A DNA stretch of 63,482 nt, filler included, from Myxococcota bacterium (GTDB taxonomy: Bacteria; Myxococcota_C; UBA6777), in the NCBI GenBank assembly GCA_023150835.1. It is 3 parts of 3 records of this genome, joined end to end, with 100 filler letters (N's around TTAATTAATTAA, not from the genome) between each part and the next. Parts side by side here need not be neighbours in the genome. Positions count along the whole stretch, not along the records: positions 28,579 to 56,810 come from JAKLKB010000091.1; 2 more parts are not named here. One strand, 5' to 3'. The notes under the pieces were generated by a model that saw only the letters and a program-made list of their open reading frames with translations, did no database searches and had not been told where the DNA came from. The position numbers were made by a program, and so were the translations under genes. Positions 37,641 to 47,438 of the stretch are shown here, one piece after another. Within the stretch, counting starts at the first letter, position 1; every line of letters begins with the position of its first letter.

Positions 37641-39149
37641 ATGGCAAAAAAAGATTCTCGAAAAGCGGCTTTTGGAGATTTTCAAACGCCGTACAACTTG
37701 GCTCTAGAAGTCTGCTCTCGCATTTTTCATTACGAACCCACGCCCGCATGTATCGTCGAACCCACCTGCGGAAAAGGAAACTTTTTGGCTGCTTCCCTTG
37801 CTACATTTCGTTCTTGTTCGTTGTATGGATTTGAAATCAATGAAGGTTATTTATTCGAAGCACAAAAGAATCTGGTTCAAGCAAATCATCATTTTTGCTC
37901 TGTGTTTTTCAAACAAGCCGATTTTTTTGATGTTGACTGGGAGTCCTTTTTTCAGAGTATACAGGGTTCCATCGTTGTGATCGGGAATCCTCCGTGGGTG
38001 ACCAATTCAGAATTAGGCCAGCTTAATTCTTCGAATCTACCTCAAAAAAGTAATTTTCAACAGCTTACGGGCGTCGATGCGATCACAGGAAAAAGTAATT
38101 TCGATATCTCGGAATGGATTAGCGTCCGATTGCTCAACGCATTGTCATCGAGAAAGGCTACGTTTGCTTTCCTTTTAAAAACAACTGTGGCGAGAAAAAT
38201 ACTAGAATACGCTTGGCTGCATGACCTTCCCATCCACAACACCTCGATTTTTAACATCGACGCCAAATCACACTTTGATGCAGCCGTAGACGCTTGCCTT
38301 TTTGTTTGCCAAACAGGCACAACAGGCGAAAAGACCTGCCCCGTTTACAAAGACATCTGTTCAAACGAGAGTGTCCGTACGATCGGCTACTCAAACGGTC
38401 GTTTGGTCGCCAACGTTTCGGCAAGTAAAATCGTCGCTCAGCTCAGAGCAAACACAACAGAAGAAGACTGGCGCTCGGGGATCAAACACGACTGCGCGCC
38501 CGTACTAGAATTAGTCCGAACAAATAGCACCCTGTTCAATCAATTGGGTGGGGCAGTTGAAATAGAAGAGCAGCATTTGTTTCCTTTGTTCAAAAGTTCT
38601 GACGTTGCCCACCAAAAACAACAGCAAGAGCGTTTGTTGATCGTGACGCAAAAAAAGCCAAACGAAGACACCAACCTACTAATTCAATCTGCTCCAAAGG
38701 CTTGGGCGTATTTGATGCAACACTCCAGTTTTTTTGAAAAAAGGAAAAGTAGCATCTACCAAGGAAAATCTAGTTTTTCCATATTTGGGGTGGGCGAGTA
38801 CACTTTTTTTCCTTGGAAAGTCGCGATCTCTGGGCTGTACAAGTCATTGCACTTTTTAGTGATTCCACCCATCAACGGAAAGCCCGTCGTTTTTGATGAT
38901 ACCGTTTATTTCATACCTTGCCACTCCGAAGAAGAAGCCGCATTGAAAGCACGTTTATTAAACTCTGAGATTGCTCGCGACTTCTTCTCTGCGTTTGTTT
39001 TTTGGGACGCAAAGCGTCCGATCACAGCCCAAATCCTCAAGCAACTCAGCCTGCGCAAAGTTGCGGAAGAACTCGGCTGTTTGCGTGACTTTGATGGAAT
39101 TACATCAAAAACCAACCCAGAACAAAAGCAGTCTTCCTTCCATTTTTGA
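37641..39149 (+). CDS. cognate amino-DNA methyltransferase (gamma-type motif order)
   Basis: GDFQTP, EPTCGKGNF (motif I) and GNPPW (motif IV); 3 bp downstream of the REase gene. Confidence 0.9.
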   Translation: MAKKDSRKAAFGDFQTPYNLALEVCSRIFHYEPTPACIVEPTCGKGNFLAASLATFRSCSLYGFEINEGYLFEAQKNLVQANHHFCSVFFKQADFFDVDWESFFQSIQGSIVVIGNPPWVTNSELGQLNSSNLPQKSNFQQLTGVDAITGKSNFDISEWISVRLLNALSSRKATFAFLLKTTVARKILEYAWLHDLPIHNTSIFNIDAKSHFDAAVDACLFVCQTGTTGEKTCPVYKDICSNESVRTIGYSNGRLVANVSASKIVAQLRANTTEEDWRSGIKHDCAPVLELVRTNSTLFNQLGGAVEIEEQHLFPLFKSSDVAHQKQQQERLLIVTQKKPNEDTNLLIQSAPKAWAYLMQHSSFFEKRKSSIYQGKSSFSIFGVGEYTFFPWKVAISGLYKSLHFLVIPPINGKPVVFDDTVYFIPCHSEEEAALKARLLNSEIARDFFSAFVFWDAKRPITAQILKQLSLRKVAEELGCLRDFDGITSKTNPEQKQSSFHF

Positions 39150-39161
39150 GAAGCGCCTTTT

Positions 39162-39692
39162 TTATGGGCGGCGTTTTACAACAACCACAGTCCTCGCAAG
39201 GATATCCGCCAAGGTCTGCAAACGGCTATGCTTCGAGATCACCGTCGCGTAGCCTATCGGCGCAAGGAACAGGCACAATGCGCGCCCCAAGACCTCGCGC
39301 AGCACAGCAGCCACCCACGATATCGGCGCAGCGTCTTCAGCCCGCACCACCGAGAACCCAAGCAACCGCTTGGCAGGACTGCCGCCCCATCCCCAAGTGG
39401 TCGTCGCAAAATAAGCGAGATACGCCGATATCTGCACCACCGCCACCCACCGAGCCGAGAGCGACCACCCAAGGGCGAAAACATGACGAAAACAAGACTC
39501 CACCAACCACCACGCCGTAAAAAACAGCAGATGATCCCACAACGACGCAAAAAAACGCCATCGCATCGACACGATACGATACGCCCGCCAGATCGCAGGA
39601 TCTGTCAACGCGCCGCAAGTCGAACAACGCGCAGGAGCGGGTCCTTCGGGAAAAAAGCCAGCACCACAAGCAGGGCAACGATGTTGTCTCAT
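39162..39692 (-). CDS. RDD family membrane protein with N-terminal Zn ribbon
   Basis: CPAC...CSTC; RFFASLWD, GGSPAKRLLG and QTLADILARTVVV motifs. Confidence 0.85.
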   Translation of the reverse strand: MRQHRCPACGAGFFPEGPAPARCSTCGALTDPAIWRAYRIVSMRWRFFASLWDHLLFFTAWWLVESCFRHVFALGWSLSARWVAVVQISAYLAYFATTTWGWGGSPAKRLLGFSVVRAEDAAPISWVAAVLREVLGRALCLFLAPIGYATVISKHSRLQTLADILARTVVVVKRRP

Positions 39693-39718
39693 CTTTGAAC
39701 TCGATCTGGATAAACCGA

Positions 39719-42700
39719 TTAGGGCTTGGATTCGACGATCTGTGGCGTGCCGAACTGCTCCAAGGGCAGATCGAACTGCGGAGCCCATCCCACGACGACG
39801 ATCACAAGGCGCTTGGGATCGATAAACTTCTTGGCGGCTTGTTGGATCTGTTCGGCTGTGACAGCGGCCAACTGCGCCCGATAGCGGATCAGGTGATCGG
39901 ACGGATAACCGAGCAGATCGAACAGCGCTTGTTGGTACACGATCTGCGCGGGAGAATTGAAACGGAAGACATAACGATTGAGTAGCGTCTTGCGTGTCAA
40001 TGCAAGCTCTTGTGCCGTCACATCAGCTTTTTCGTGCATCTTGGTCACCATCTGCTTCATCAACGCAAGCGAACGGCCCGTCGTACTCGGCTTTGAACCC
40101 GTGTAAGCAATAAAAAGTCCCCGATCTTTGGCGTCGGACAACTGTGAACCCGCAAAATAGGCCCATCCACGCATACTTCGGATCTCGGTGGTGAGACGGC
40201 TCGAAAAGCTCCCACCACCGAGGATATGATTCATAAACTCACCCGCTGCGGCCAATGGATCATGCCGTCTGGGGCCGATATTTCCGAACAAAACAAAGCT
40301 TTGCGGAAGAGGCTTGGGTACATAGATCAGCGCGGGCGGATGTTGTCGGGGAGCGGGTTTGAGCGAGGGAGGCCGAACGGGTTGGGGCAGCCAGTCTCCA
40401 AAGACCCGCTCGATCGCCGCTTGCATGGCTTGGGTCTTGAAGTCGCCCACGATCGCAAGACGGATGTTGTTGGGAACGAAATAGTGCTTGTGAAAGGCGA
40501 TCAGATCAGCGCGTTGAATCGATTGAAGAGTCCTTGGATCGGCGATCTGCGCCCATCGAGAATCCTTCCCGTAGATCGCACGGCGAAGCTGACGAAAGCC
40601 GATCGCAAACGGATTGTCGTTGCGCCGCCGATACTGCTCCAACATCTGCGCTTTCTTGAGGTCGATGCGCTCTTGTGCAAAACGCGGAGAACGCAACATC
40701 GCCGCAAGGCGTTGCAACCCCCACGACAAGTCTTTGCGATGCACAGAAAGCCGAGCCAAGCCAGTTTCTTGCTCAATCGAGCTTTCGAGACGTGCAGCCT
40801 TTTCTTCGACAGCCTCGTTTAGCGCGTCAGGATCGAGTTCTCCGCTTCCGCCGCTACGCAACGTGGTTCCGACGATCTCCGCAAGCCCCGTCTTTTCGGG
40901 CGGATCATACAGCCGACCTGTGTGCGTAATCGCATAGATATCCACCAACGGAAGCTCCCGATCCTCCATCAAGTACAACAACATCCCATTTTTCAAACGA
41001 AGGATCGTCGGCTTGGGAGGCGTAAACCGCAGCGGGGCTGCTTGGATCTGCGCAGGGTGACGGCGCAAGCCGTGTGGAAGGGGCCGCAAGATCGGCGAAG
41101 GGACCGACGTTTCCGCCAACAATGCCCGCATCTGCTGATCCGCTCGCTTGCGTTGTGCTGCCGCCACCACAGGAGACTTGTGCGCCAGCCTGCCACGCCG
41201 ACGCGCAAAACGCCCACCCCGCCGCGATGGAGCCTTGGCCACCGAAGTATCGCGGATCAACGTCCCAACGGTGCGATTGCTCTCCACAAAGTACGCCTTG
41301 GCGATACGCATCACATCGTCAGGCGTGATCTTTTCGATCTCCTTGTAGTGGTATGTAAAATAACGCCAATCCCCGATCGCGGCTTGGCTGTACGTCAACT
41401 GGGACGCAAGTCCCTCGTTCGAACGCAAGCCCTTGATCTGCTGCATCACCAGCTCGTTCTTGACATTTTGTAGTTCTTTGGCCGTCACAGGCTGCGCCTT
41501 GAGGCGCTCCAGTTCTCGATACAAGACTTTTTCGATATCTTGTGTTGTGTGCGGTGCGATGGGTTGTGCCGCAAAGGTAAACAGATTTGGATAGCGCGCC
41601 CCGGGATAACTGGAGGCCGAGATGCTTTGGGCGATCCGCGCCTTGACAAGGGCTTGATAGAGGCGCGAGGTACGCCCCGATGTCAGCAGGTTTTCGATCA
41701 CGTCAAAGACATAATCGTCCTTGTGCGGAGCCGTCGGTTTATGGAAGCCGATCATCACGCTCGGACCCGCATCAAAGCGAACTTGGACACGGCGCTCTCC
41801 TTGCTGCTTGGGTTCGCGGGTGTGGACTTCGGGCGGCGTCTCTCCTTTGGGGATGAACGCAAATGTCCGATACAACAAAGCTTTGGTTTTCTCGATATCG
41901 ATATCACCAACGATCGCCCCCACCATATTGCTCGGGACGTAGTAGCGCAAAAAGAACTTGCGCACTTCAGAGAGCGGAAGCACCGTTAGATCGCTTTGCC
42001 AGCCCACTGTCGGATAACGATACGGATGTGCGGAAAAGGCCGTCGCGATGAACTGCTCATACAAGCGGCCCATCCCACGAGACATCGCCATCCGCCGTTC
42101 TTCGATCACCACATCGCGCTCGCGGTAATACTCGCGAAACACAGGAGCCGCCAGACGACTCGCCTCTTGATGCGCCCACAACTCCAACCGATTGCTCGGC
42201 AGATTGATAAAGTAGCTGGTCAAATCTTTTCCCGTCGTTGCATTCAAGCCCGTCCCTCCGGCGGCCTGATACAAACGGCTAAACTCTTCTTTCTTGACGT
42301 AGGCTTCGTGTTGCTTTTGCAGCTTACGCAGACGCCGCTCCAAAGCACGCACCAAAAGCGTCTTCTTTCCGCGACTTTGGATCATCGCTCGCGACAACGC
42401 TTCGCCCGTACGATTGATCTCCAACAACACCTTGTGTTCTTTGGCCCAATCCCGCGTCCCCACCACCGTTGTTCCTTTGAACGCCATGTGTTCAAAAAAA
42501 TGCGCGATCCCCGTCAATCCGGTCTTTTCATCCACGCCCCCCACTCGGATACGCAGATACCCCGAAAAAGTCGGCGTTGCAGGACGACGCACCAACAAAA
42601 ACAACATCCCGTTCGGCAAGCGCACTTCGACCACACGCGCCCGCAACTGTGCCCCCGGATCGCCCAAAGTCTCTTGTGTCGTTGACGCGGCGGGCTGCTT

Positions 42701-42874
42701 CGGCGGATTCGACGGAACCACCGAATAGACGGGGCGCGATGTCGGCGGCGAGGCGTACACCGAAGCAACACAAAGCAGTCCCACCCAAAACACCGAAGAG
42801 GCGCAAAGTAAGGCCAAACCCCCGCGCCACCACGTCACGCAAAAAACACAGCGTCGTATCCAAACAAAGCTCAT
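39719..42874 (-). CDS. M16 (insulinase/pitrilysin) zinc peptidase, active and inactive halves fused
   Basis: GIAHFFEHMAFKGT (HxxEH); second half with LGGGSFSSRL...RGWAY; signal-like N-terminus. Start uncertain. Confidence 0.92.
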   Translation of the reverse strand: MSFVWIRRCVFCVTWWRGGLALLCASSVFWVGLLCVASVYASPPTSRPVYSVVPSNPPKQPAASTTQETLGDPGAQLRARVVEVRLPNGMLFLLVRRPATPTFSGYLRIRVGGVDEKTGLTGIAHFFEHMAFKGTTVVGTRDWAKEHKVLLEINRTGEALSRAMIQSRGKKTLLVRALERRLRKLQKQHEAYVKKEEFSRLYQAAGGTGLNATTGKDLTSYFINLPSNRLELWAHQEASRLAAPVFREYYRERDVVIEERRMAMSRGMGRLYEQFIATAFSAHPYRYPTVGWQSDLTVLPLSEVRKFFLRYYVPSNMVGAIVGDIDIEKTKALLYRTFAFIPKGETPPEVHTREPKQQGERRVQVRFDAGPSVMIGFHKPTAPHKDDYVFDVIENLLTSGRTSRLYQALVKARIAQSISASSYPGARYPNLFTFAAQPIAPHTTQDIEKVLYRELERLKAQPVTAKELQNVKNELVMQQIKGLRSNEGLASQLTYSQAAIGDWRYFTYHYKEIEKITPDDVMRIAKAYFVESNRTVGTLIRDTSVAKAPSRRGGRFARRRGRLAHKSPVVAAAQRKRADQQMRALLAETSVPSPILRPLPHGLRRHPAQIQAAPLRFTPPKPTILRLKNGMLLYLMEDRELPLVDIYAITHTGRLYDPPEKTGLAEIVGTTLRSGGSGELDPDALNEAVEEKAARLESSIEQETGLARLSVHRKDLSWGLQRLAAMLRSPRFAQERIDLKKAQMLEQYRRRNDNPFAIGFRQLRRAIYGKDSRWAQIADPRTLQSIQRADLIAFHKHYFVPNNIRLAIVGDFKTQAMQAAIERVFGDWLPQPVRPPSLKPAPRQHPPALIYVPKPLPQSFVLFGNIGPRRHDPLAAAGEFMNHILGGGSFSSRLTTEIRSMRGWAYFAGSQLSDAKDRGLFIAYTGSKPSTTGRSLALMKQMVTKMHEKADVTAQELALTRKTLLNRYVFRFNSPAQIVYQQALFDLLGYPSDHLIRYRAQLAAVTAEQIQQAAKKFIDPKRLVIVVVGWAPQFDLPLEQFGTPQIVESKP

Positions 42875-43032
42875 CAAGAACCTCCGTTGAACATTCAAAA
42901 ATGTCCATAGATCGGTGTCTATGGTGGACAAAAACCCACGTTCGCGCCACATCAAGCGGCTCCGTTGTCGGCTGCCCTATAATCGGGCGTCTACGTACTC
43001 TCCTTTGCTGTGTACATCACCCGGATATCGTA

Positions 43033-43794
43033 TTACAGGGCATGAGTATTTTGCAAAAACTTACGGATGGTGCGCCAGTATTTGTGCCAGTTGTAGGGCA
43101 AGATCGAGTTGTGGTCACCCGCTTCAAACAAGACGATCTCCTTGAGAGAACTCGCAACCCAGTCGTGGTTGCGTTGTGCGTGCGTCCAATGGATCAGATG
43201 ATCGTGGAGCGTATGTAAGGCCAGAAAAGGCCCGTGATATCGGGAGAGTTTGTCTTGATGGTTGAAGTGCAAAGCCACTTGTGCAGCAAGATCTTGCTCG
43301 GAACATCCGAGGTCTTTTTCAGGATGAACACGCACAAGCAGACGTTCGAGCAGATCAGCGATCCCGCTTTCAAGGATCAGCCCACCGAGCGCAGGAACGC
43401 ACGAAGCCAGATGGATCGCTGGCAACGAACCGATGGATCGGCCAAAGACGATCACTTGTTCGGGCGGTAAAGCCAGCGCACGCAAGATCGCTTCGGCATC
43501 CTGCAGCAAAGAAAGCAGCGTCGGCGAACCGCTAGAGGCCCCATAACCCCGATACTCGGCAAAACACACATCCACCCCAAGGCCAAGCATCGCTTCCGCG
43601 ATATCACCGAGATAATCCCCAACGATCTCGCCATTCCCGTGAAAATGAAGGATCGTCGGAGCGTCGGGATGGCGGCGAAACCAAGCACACGCAAGATGCG
43701 CTCCCTCCACCGGCACAAAAAAAGCATCGGCAAGCTCGGAGGCACGGGGAAAAAAGTAACGGCTGCATATCGTCGGATGGTCGAGGAGGCTCAT
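43033..43794 (-). CDS. alpha/beta hydrolase
   Basis: FHGNGE, EYRGYGASSG, GRSIG nucleophile elbow, GDHN. Confidence 0.9.
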   Translation of the reverse strand: MSLLDHPTICSRYFFPRASELADAFFVPVEGAHLACAWFRRHPDAPTILHFHGNGEIVGDYLGDIAEAMLGLGVDVCFAEYRGYGASSGSPTLLSLLQDAEAILRALALPPEQVIVFGRSIGSLPAIHLASCVPALGGLILESGIADLLERLLVRVHPEKDLGCSEQDLAAQVALHFNHQDKLSRYHGPFLALHTLHDHLIHWTHAQRNHDWVASSLKEIVLFEAGDHNSILPYNWHKYWRTIRKFLQNTHAL

Positions 43795-44621
43795 GGTTCG
43801 TCCTCACGTTGTCGTGGTGTAGAAGGTGTGCAGCGATAACGGCAAAGAGAGCGATCGCCAAGCTTGCAAGCGCGCTGATAATACGTGTTCGCCTTAGAAC
43901 AACGGGCTGCGTCGCTGTGGTCTTGTTCGTAAAAGATGCCGAGATTGCGGCATCCTCCCGAATCACCGAGTGTACAGGCTTCTTGGTAGGCTTGTTGAAT
44001 CAACCATCGCGCACTCGGTCGCAAACGCTCTCGAAGCAGAGCAAGATTGCGACAGGCTTGTGCGTTGCGAAGAGAACAGGCTTTTTGATACGAAGCTTCG
44101 GCGTGTTTGTGGTGTTCTTGCCGATGCTTGGGTTGTTTGGAAGCACGTTGCTCATAAAACGTTGCGAGGTTGTTGCATCCCTGCGGATCTTGTAAGTGAC
44201 AAGCACGCTGAAAGCTAGAGAAGGCGGTCTGTTTGAAAGGATAAGAAGAAGGGGCTCGGATGTGCGATTCGAGCAAGTAGCCCATATTGTTGCAAGATTG
44301 GGGGATATCGCGCTCGCAGGCTTTGTGGTAATGCACCAAAGCCTGTTGCAAAGCATCCGCTGTTCCGACGCGATGAAACGCAGATCCTGCTCTCCAACAA
44401 GCCGCGCCGATCTGTTTGGGCGGCGTCGATGCGTGATGGCATCGCTGCCATGCCGCGCAGATATCCGCATCACGGAGAGGGCAATCTTGAAAACGATAAC
44501 GCTCCACCACGCTCATCAACAACGGAAACAGAACCATCAAGATCAACAACGCCCCAAATCCAAGCATCGAACGTAAAAAACACCCCATCGGTCGGGGTTT
44601 GTGCGAAGGGTCTGTGATCAT
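43791..44621 (-). CDS. Sel1-like repeat (Hcp-type, Cys-paired) membrane-anchored protein
   Basis: Repeated Y.KAC....(S/G/A)C.NLG units; N-terminal TM. Confidence 0.85.
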   Translation of the reverse strand: MITDPSHKPRPMGCFLRSMLGFGALLILMVLFPLLMSVVERYRFQDCPLRDADICAAWQRCHHASTPPKQIGAACWRAGSAFHRVGTADALQQALVHYHKACERDIPQSCNNMGYLLESHIRAPSSYPFKQTAFSSFQRACHLQDPQGCNNLATFYEQRASKQPKHRQEHHKHAEASYQKACSLRNAQACRNLALLRERLRPSARWLIQQAYQEACTLGDSGGCRNLGIFYEQDHSDAARCSKANTYYQRACKLGDRSLCRYRCTPSTPRQREDEP

Positions 44622-44630
44622 CCGCGCCTC

Positions 44631-46091
44631 TCAACAGCCAAGGGGAGTGGTATCGCTGCCCGACTTTCCGCAGTTTTCGCAACCTTTGCAGTCTTTACAA
44701 CACTGATCACAACAAGGCGGATTCCCCCCCTGCTCTTTTGGACAACAATTTTTACACCCTCCACAAGGCTCACAAGCTTTCCCACAATCTTTGCCACAAG
44801 ACGAACAACCCTTCTGACAGGATTGACCGCATTGTTGGAAAGGTTCGGTGCATGTCTTGGTGCAATTTCCGCAAGTCTGGTTGCAAGACGCAACGCAAGA
44901 GCAACTTTGACCGCATGCTTCGGTGATCTTTCCACACTCTCGAAAGCAAGGGCGGAACAGATCCTCACAGCAGCTACACGAAGCCCCCTCCCCACCGCCT
45001 TTTGGAGGCTCCCCAAGAGGACTCATCTGGAGGCCCGTAGCTTTGGCCTTTCCACCCGGCGGGCCTTGTGTCGCCGCCCAAAGCAGGTGTTGGAACCAAA
45101 CAAACCACGCCGCCACCGCCACAAACAGCCTTGTGCTGAAACGGTCGAGCCAGTGGCGTTTTTGCCATGCTTCCAAACGTTGCCGCGCTTCTTCTTCGAT
45201 CAGCCCTTGCGCTCGGGCTTTGGCTTGTTGAAAGCTGCGCTCAAAGCGTTGGCAAAGGATGTTTTCAAGCAACGCTTGATGCTGTTGCCACGGCACACAC
45301 GGCAAGATCAACGCGATCTCTTCGAGGGCTTGTTGCGTGTGTACGATGGCGTCTTGGATACGATGCGGATCGATACGGATCGCCCCATCCCAAGGGTCTC
45401 TTCGCAAACATGGATTAAACGCTTGCTTCAAAAAGTCCTCGTGCAGATCTTCGAGCGCGTCTACAAAATAGATCACCCGCCCCACCGCTCGCCCAAGCCG
45501 ATCGAGCTGGCCTCGATGCAAGGGGTCTTTGAGATCGGGCAGACTCTGCGGAAGATCCGCGATACTTGAAAACACCACCCCAAGCGCCCATGCCGTCGGC
45601 TGCGCAGCGTCGAACACAGAAAGCTCACGATGTTGTTCGGTCGCTGCTTGTTTTTCTTCAAAGCCACAAAGAGCCGAAAGATCGACTTGGAGCTGCTCAA
45701 GGATGGTATGCGCCCGCTCAACGGGGCGTTTGAGCAGAGGCCGTGCCACCCGCGCCAAGACTTGACCTTCGACGGCACGATCCGCAACCCATTGATCGGC
45801 AAGCAACATCTGCACAGCCGCTGCGTAACGCAACGCAGGGCTGCGCGGCGACACCGTCGAACGCTGCACGATCGGCAACATCGGACAACGGCATCGATCC
45901 GATTCGGCGGGAGCCGTCGAAACAGCATCCGCAAGGATCGCCACAAACACCGCATCAAAATTCAAGGTGACACGGCTCGCCTGCGAATATTCGTCGCCAA
46001 GCGTCTTGCACAGACCGCAATAAAACCGCTGATGCGCGTCTTTTTGCTGCGAAGGAAGGCCGCAAGCATGGGGACGAAGAGTACCAAACAT
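44631..46091 (-). CDS. DUF5685 family protein with TM segment and Cys-rich C-terminal tail
   Basis: MFG.LRP...YCGLCKTLG..Y...SRVTLNFDAVF; YFVDALEDLHED....FNP; about 25 Cys in the last ~95 aa. Confidence 0.85.
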   Translation of the reverse strand: MFGTLRPHACGLPSQQKDAHQRFYCGLCKTLGDEYSQASRVTLNFDAVFVAILADAVSTAPAESDRCRCPMLPIVQRSTVSPRSPALRYAAAVQMLLADQWVADRAVEGQVLARVARPLLKRPVERAHTILEQLQVDLSALCGFEEKQAATEQHRELSVFDAAQPTAWALGVVFSSIADLPQSLPDLKDPLHRGQLDRLGRAVGRVIYFVDALEDLHEDFLKQAFNPCLRRDPWDGAIRIDPHRIQDAIVHTQQALEEIALILPCVPWQQHQALLENILCQRFERSFQQAKARAQGLIEEEARQRLEAWQKRHWLDRFSTRLFVAVAAWFVWFQHLLWAATQGPPGGKAKATGLQMSPLGEPPKGGGEGASCSCCEDLFRPCFRECGKITEACGQSCSCVASCNQTCGNCTKTCTEPFQQCGQSCQKGCSSCGKDCGKACEPCGGCKNCCPKEQGGNPPCCDQCCKDCKGCENCGKSGSDTTPLGC

Positions 46092-47213
46092 CTAGATCCC
46101 CTCGACAGGTGGGGCAAAGTATGAAGCAAGCCAAGGATCCGAAGGCAAGGCCCCGTCCATTGTGTACGCAACAAAAGAAGCATGAGAAGACTCTCGTGCG
46201 CACAACGGATGATGCAGATAGCGCTGTATCAAAAAGCGTTGTATCCACCGCAGCATCCGAACCAAAGACGGAAGAGAAGACAACCGACGCTCCAGATCTT
46301 CGACCGCCGAAACAGGCGGTAGCAACGAGGTATCCGTTTGTGTCTCCTCAAGCATCGCATACAACCGAGCCAGATCCCCCCGTTTGTAGGCATCCAAATA
46401 CCGAGCAGGACGCGCCAGCCACAACCGATGCCCCGCAACCGAATTGCCCATCCCCTCGGCACAATCTTTTGCAAAATCTGCAAGCGCATCTGCGCTCTGA
46501 ATCCACCGCCCCCACGCCCCGTACGCCCCCTGCTCGTCTAACGTCAACATCCGCGAAGCATCCTCTGGCAACGTCCCCACCAGCGTGATCATCAACAACC
46601 AAGCCCCGCTGATCTGTGCGGTGATCTCTTCGATGGCCGTAAGCTGTTGGGGCGCGGGATGTGCAGACAACCACGCCACGCCTTGCGCTTGGATCTCCCA
46701 GCCTTTCTCGATCCATTCAAGCAAAGACGAAAGGCGCGCAGGATGCGCAGAGATCGCACGCAAGCTACGCCCGAACTCAGCCGCCAACTCACAACGCGGC
46801 TCCGCTGTTTCCGCTTTGGCTTCGAGGATCGAGCGCAGCGTCGGCGCAAGATACGCACGAACACGCGCCACCACCGACGCACGATCTCCATGCAAACGGC
46901 CATGAAATCCCAAGCCATCGATCACTTGATCATCGAGTTTCGTCAGCAAAGAAAGCAACGCAGCCGCCCGCCCCACCGCTTCTTGATGCGCCGCCCCGCC
47001 CACTTCTGCATAACACGCCTGTGCCAACGCCCCAAGAGACGCACACAACCTCCGACTCTGCGCAGAGATCGTCCCCTCTGGGTCTGCTTGTTCTAGCAAC
47101 GCAACGATCGAAGGAAACAGCGCTTCCCCCACCGAAAAGATCTCCTTTGCCACCGCATCATCCAAAAAAGAAACCACCTGCTTTGACGCAGAAGCAACCG
47201 ATGACTCGCGCAT
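46092..47213 (-). CDS. class I isoprenoid-synthase-fold protein (putative)
   Basis: KLDDQVID (DDxxD-like) and QSADALADFAKDCAEG (second Asp-rich motif) in an all-helical protein. Confidence 0.6.
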   Translation of the reverse strand: MRESSVASASKQVVSFLDDAVAKEIFSVGEALFPSIVALLEQADPEGTISAQSRRLCASLGALAQACYAEVGGAAHQEAVGRAAALLSLLTKLDDQVIDGLGFHGRLHGDRASVVARVRAYLAPTLRSILEAKAETAEPRCELAAEFGRSLRAISAHPARLSSLLEWIEKGWEIQAQGVAWLSAHPAPQQLTAIEEITAQISGAWLLMITLVGTLPEDASRMLTLDEQGAYGAWGRWIQSADALADFAKDCAEGMGNSVAGHRLWLARPARYLDAYKRGDLARLYAMLEETQTDTSLLPPVSAVEDLERRLSSLPSLVRMLRWIQRFLIQRYLHHPLCARESSHASFVAYTMDGALPSDPWLASYFAPPVEGI

Positions 47214-47438
47214 CCAACGCTCCCTAAAACAAAAAGCTAAAGATACCCTCAAGACCGATCACACAACCATTTCTTCGACCAAAAGTCCAGCCCAAAGGCG
47301 TTTCTTGATCGCGTCTCACCCAAACACGACCTCTTCTTGCCAAAACGCAAAAGCCTCTTCCAAAACAGTCAAAGCAGTGGTATCTGTGCGTGGTTTCTTT
47401 CAAGACACAAGCCCCCCCCAAAAAACAAGGAGAAGGCG

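Noticed and set aside
46089-46094. Pyrrolysine or amber readthrough at the TAG-ATG junction
   Set aside because: No pyl genes seen; the downstream gene begins with the canonical DUF5685 MFG N-terminus, so it has its own start.
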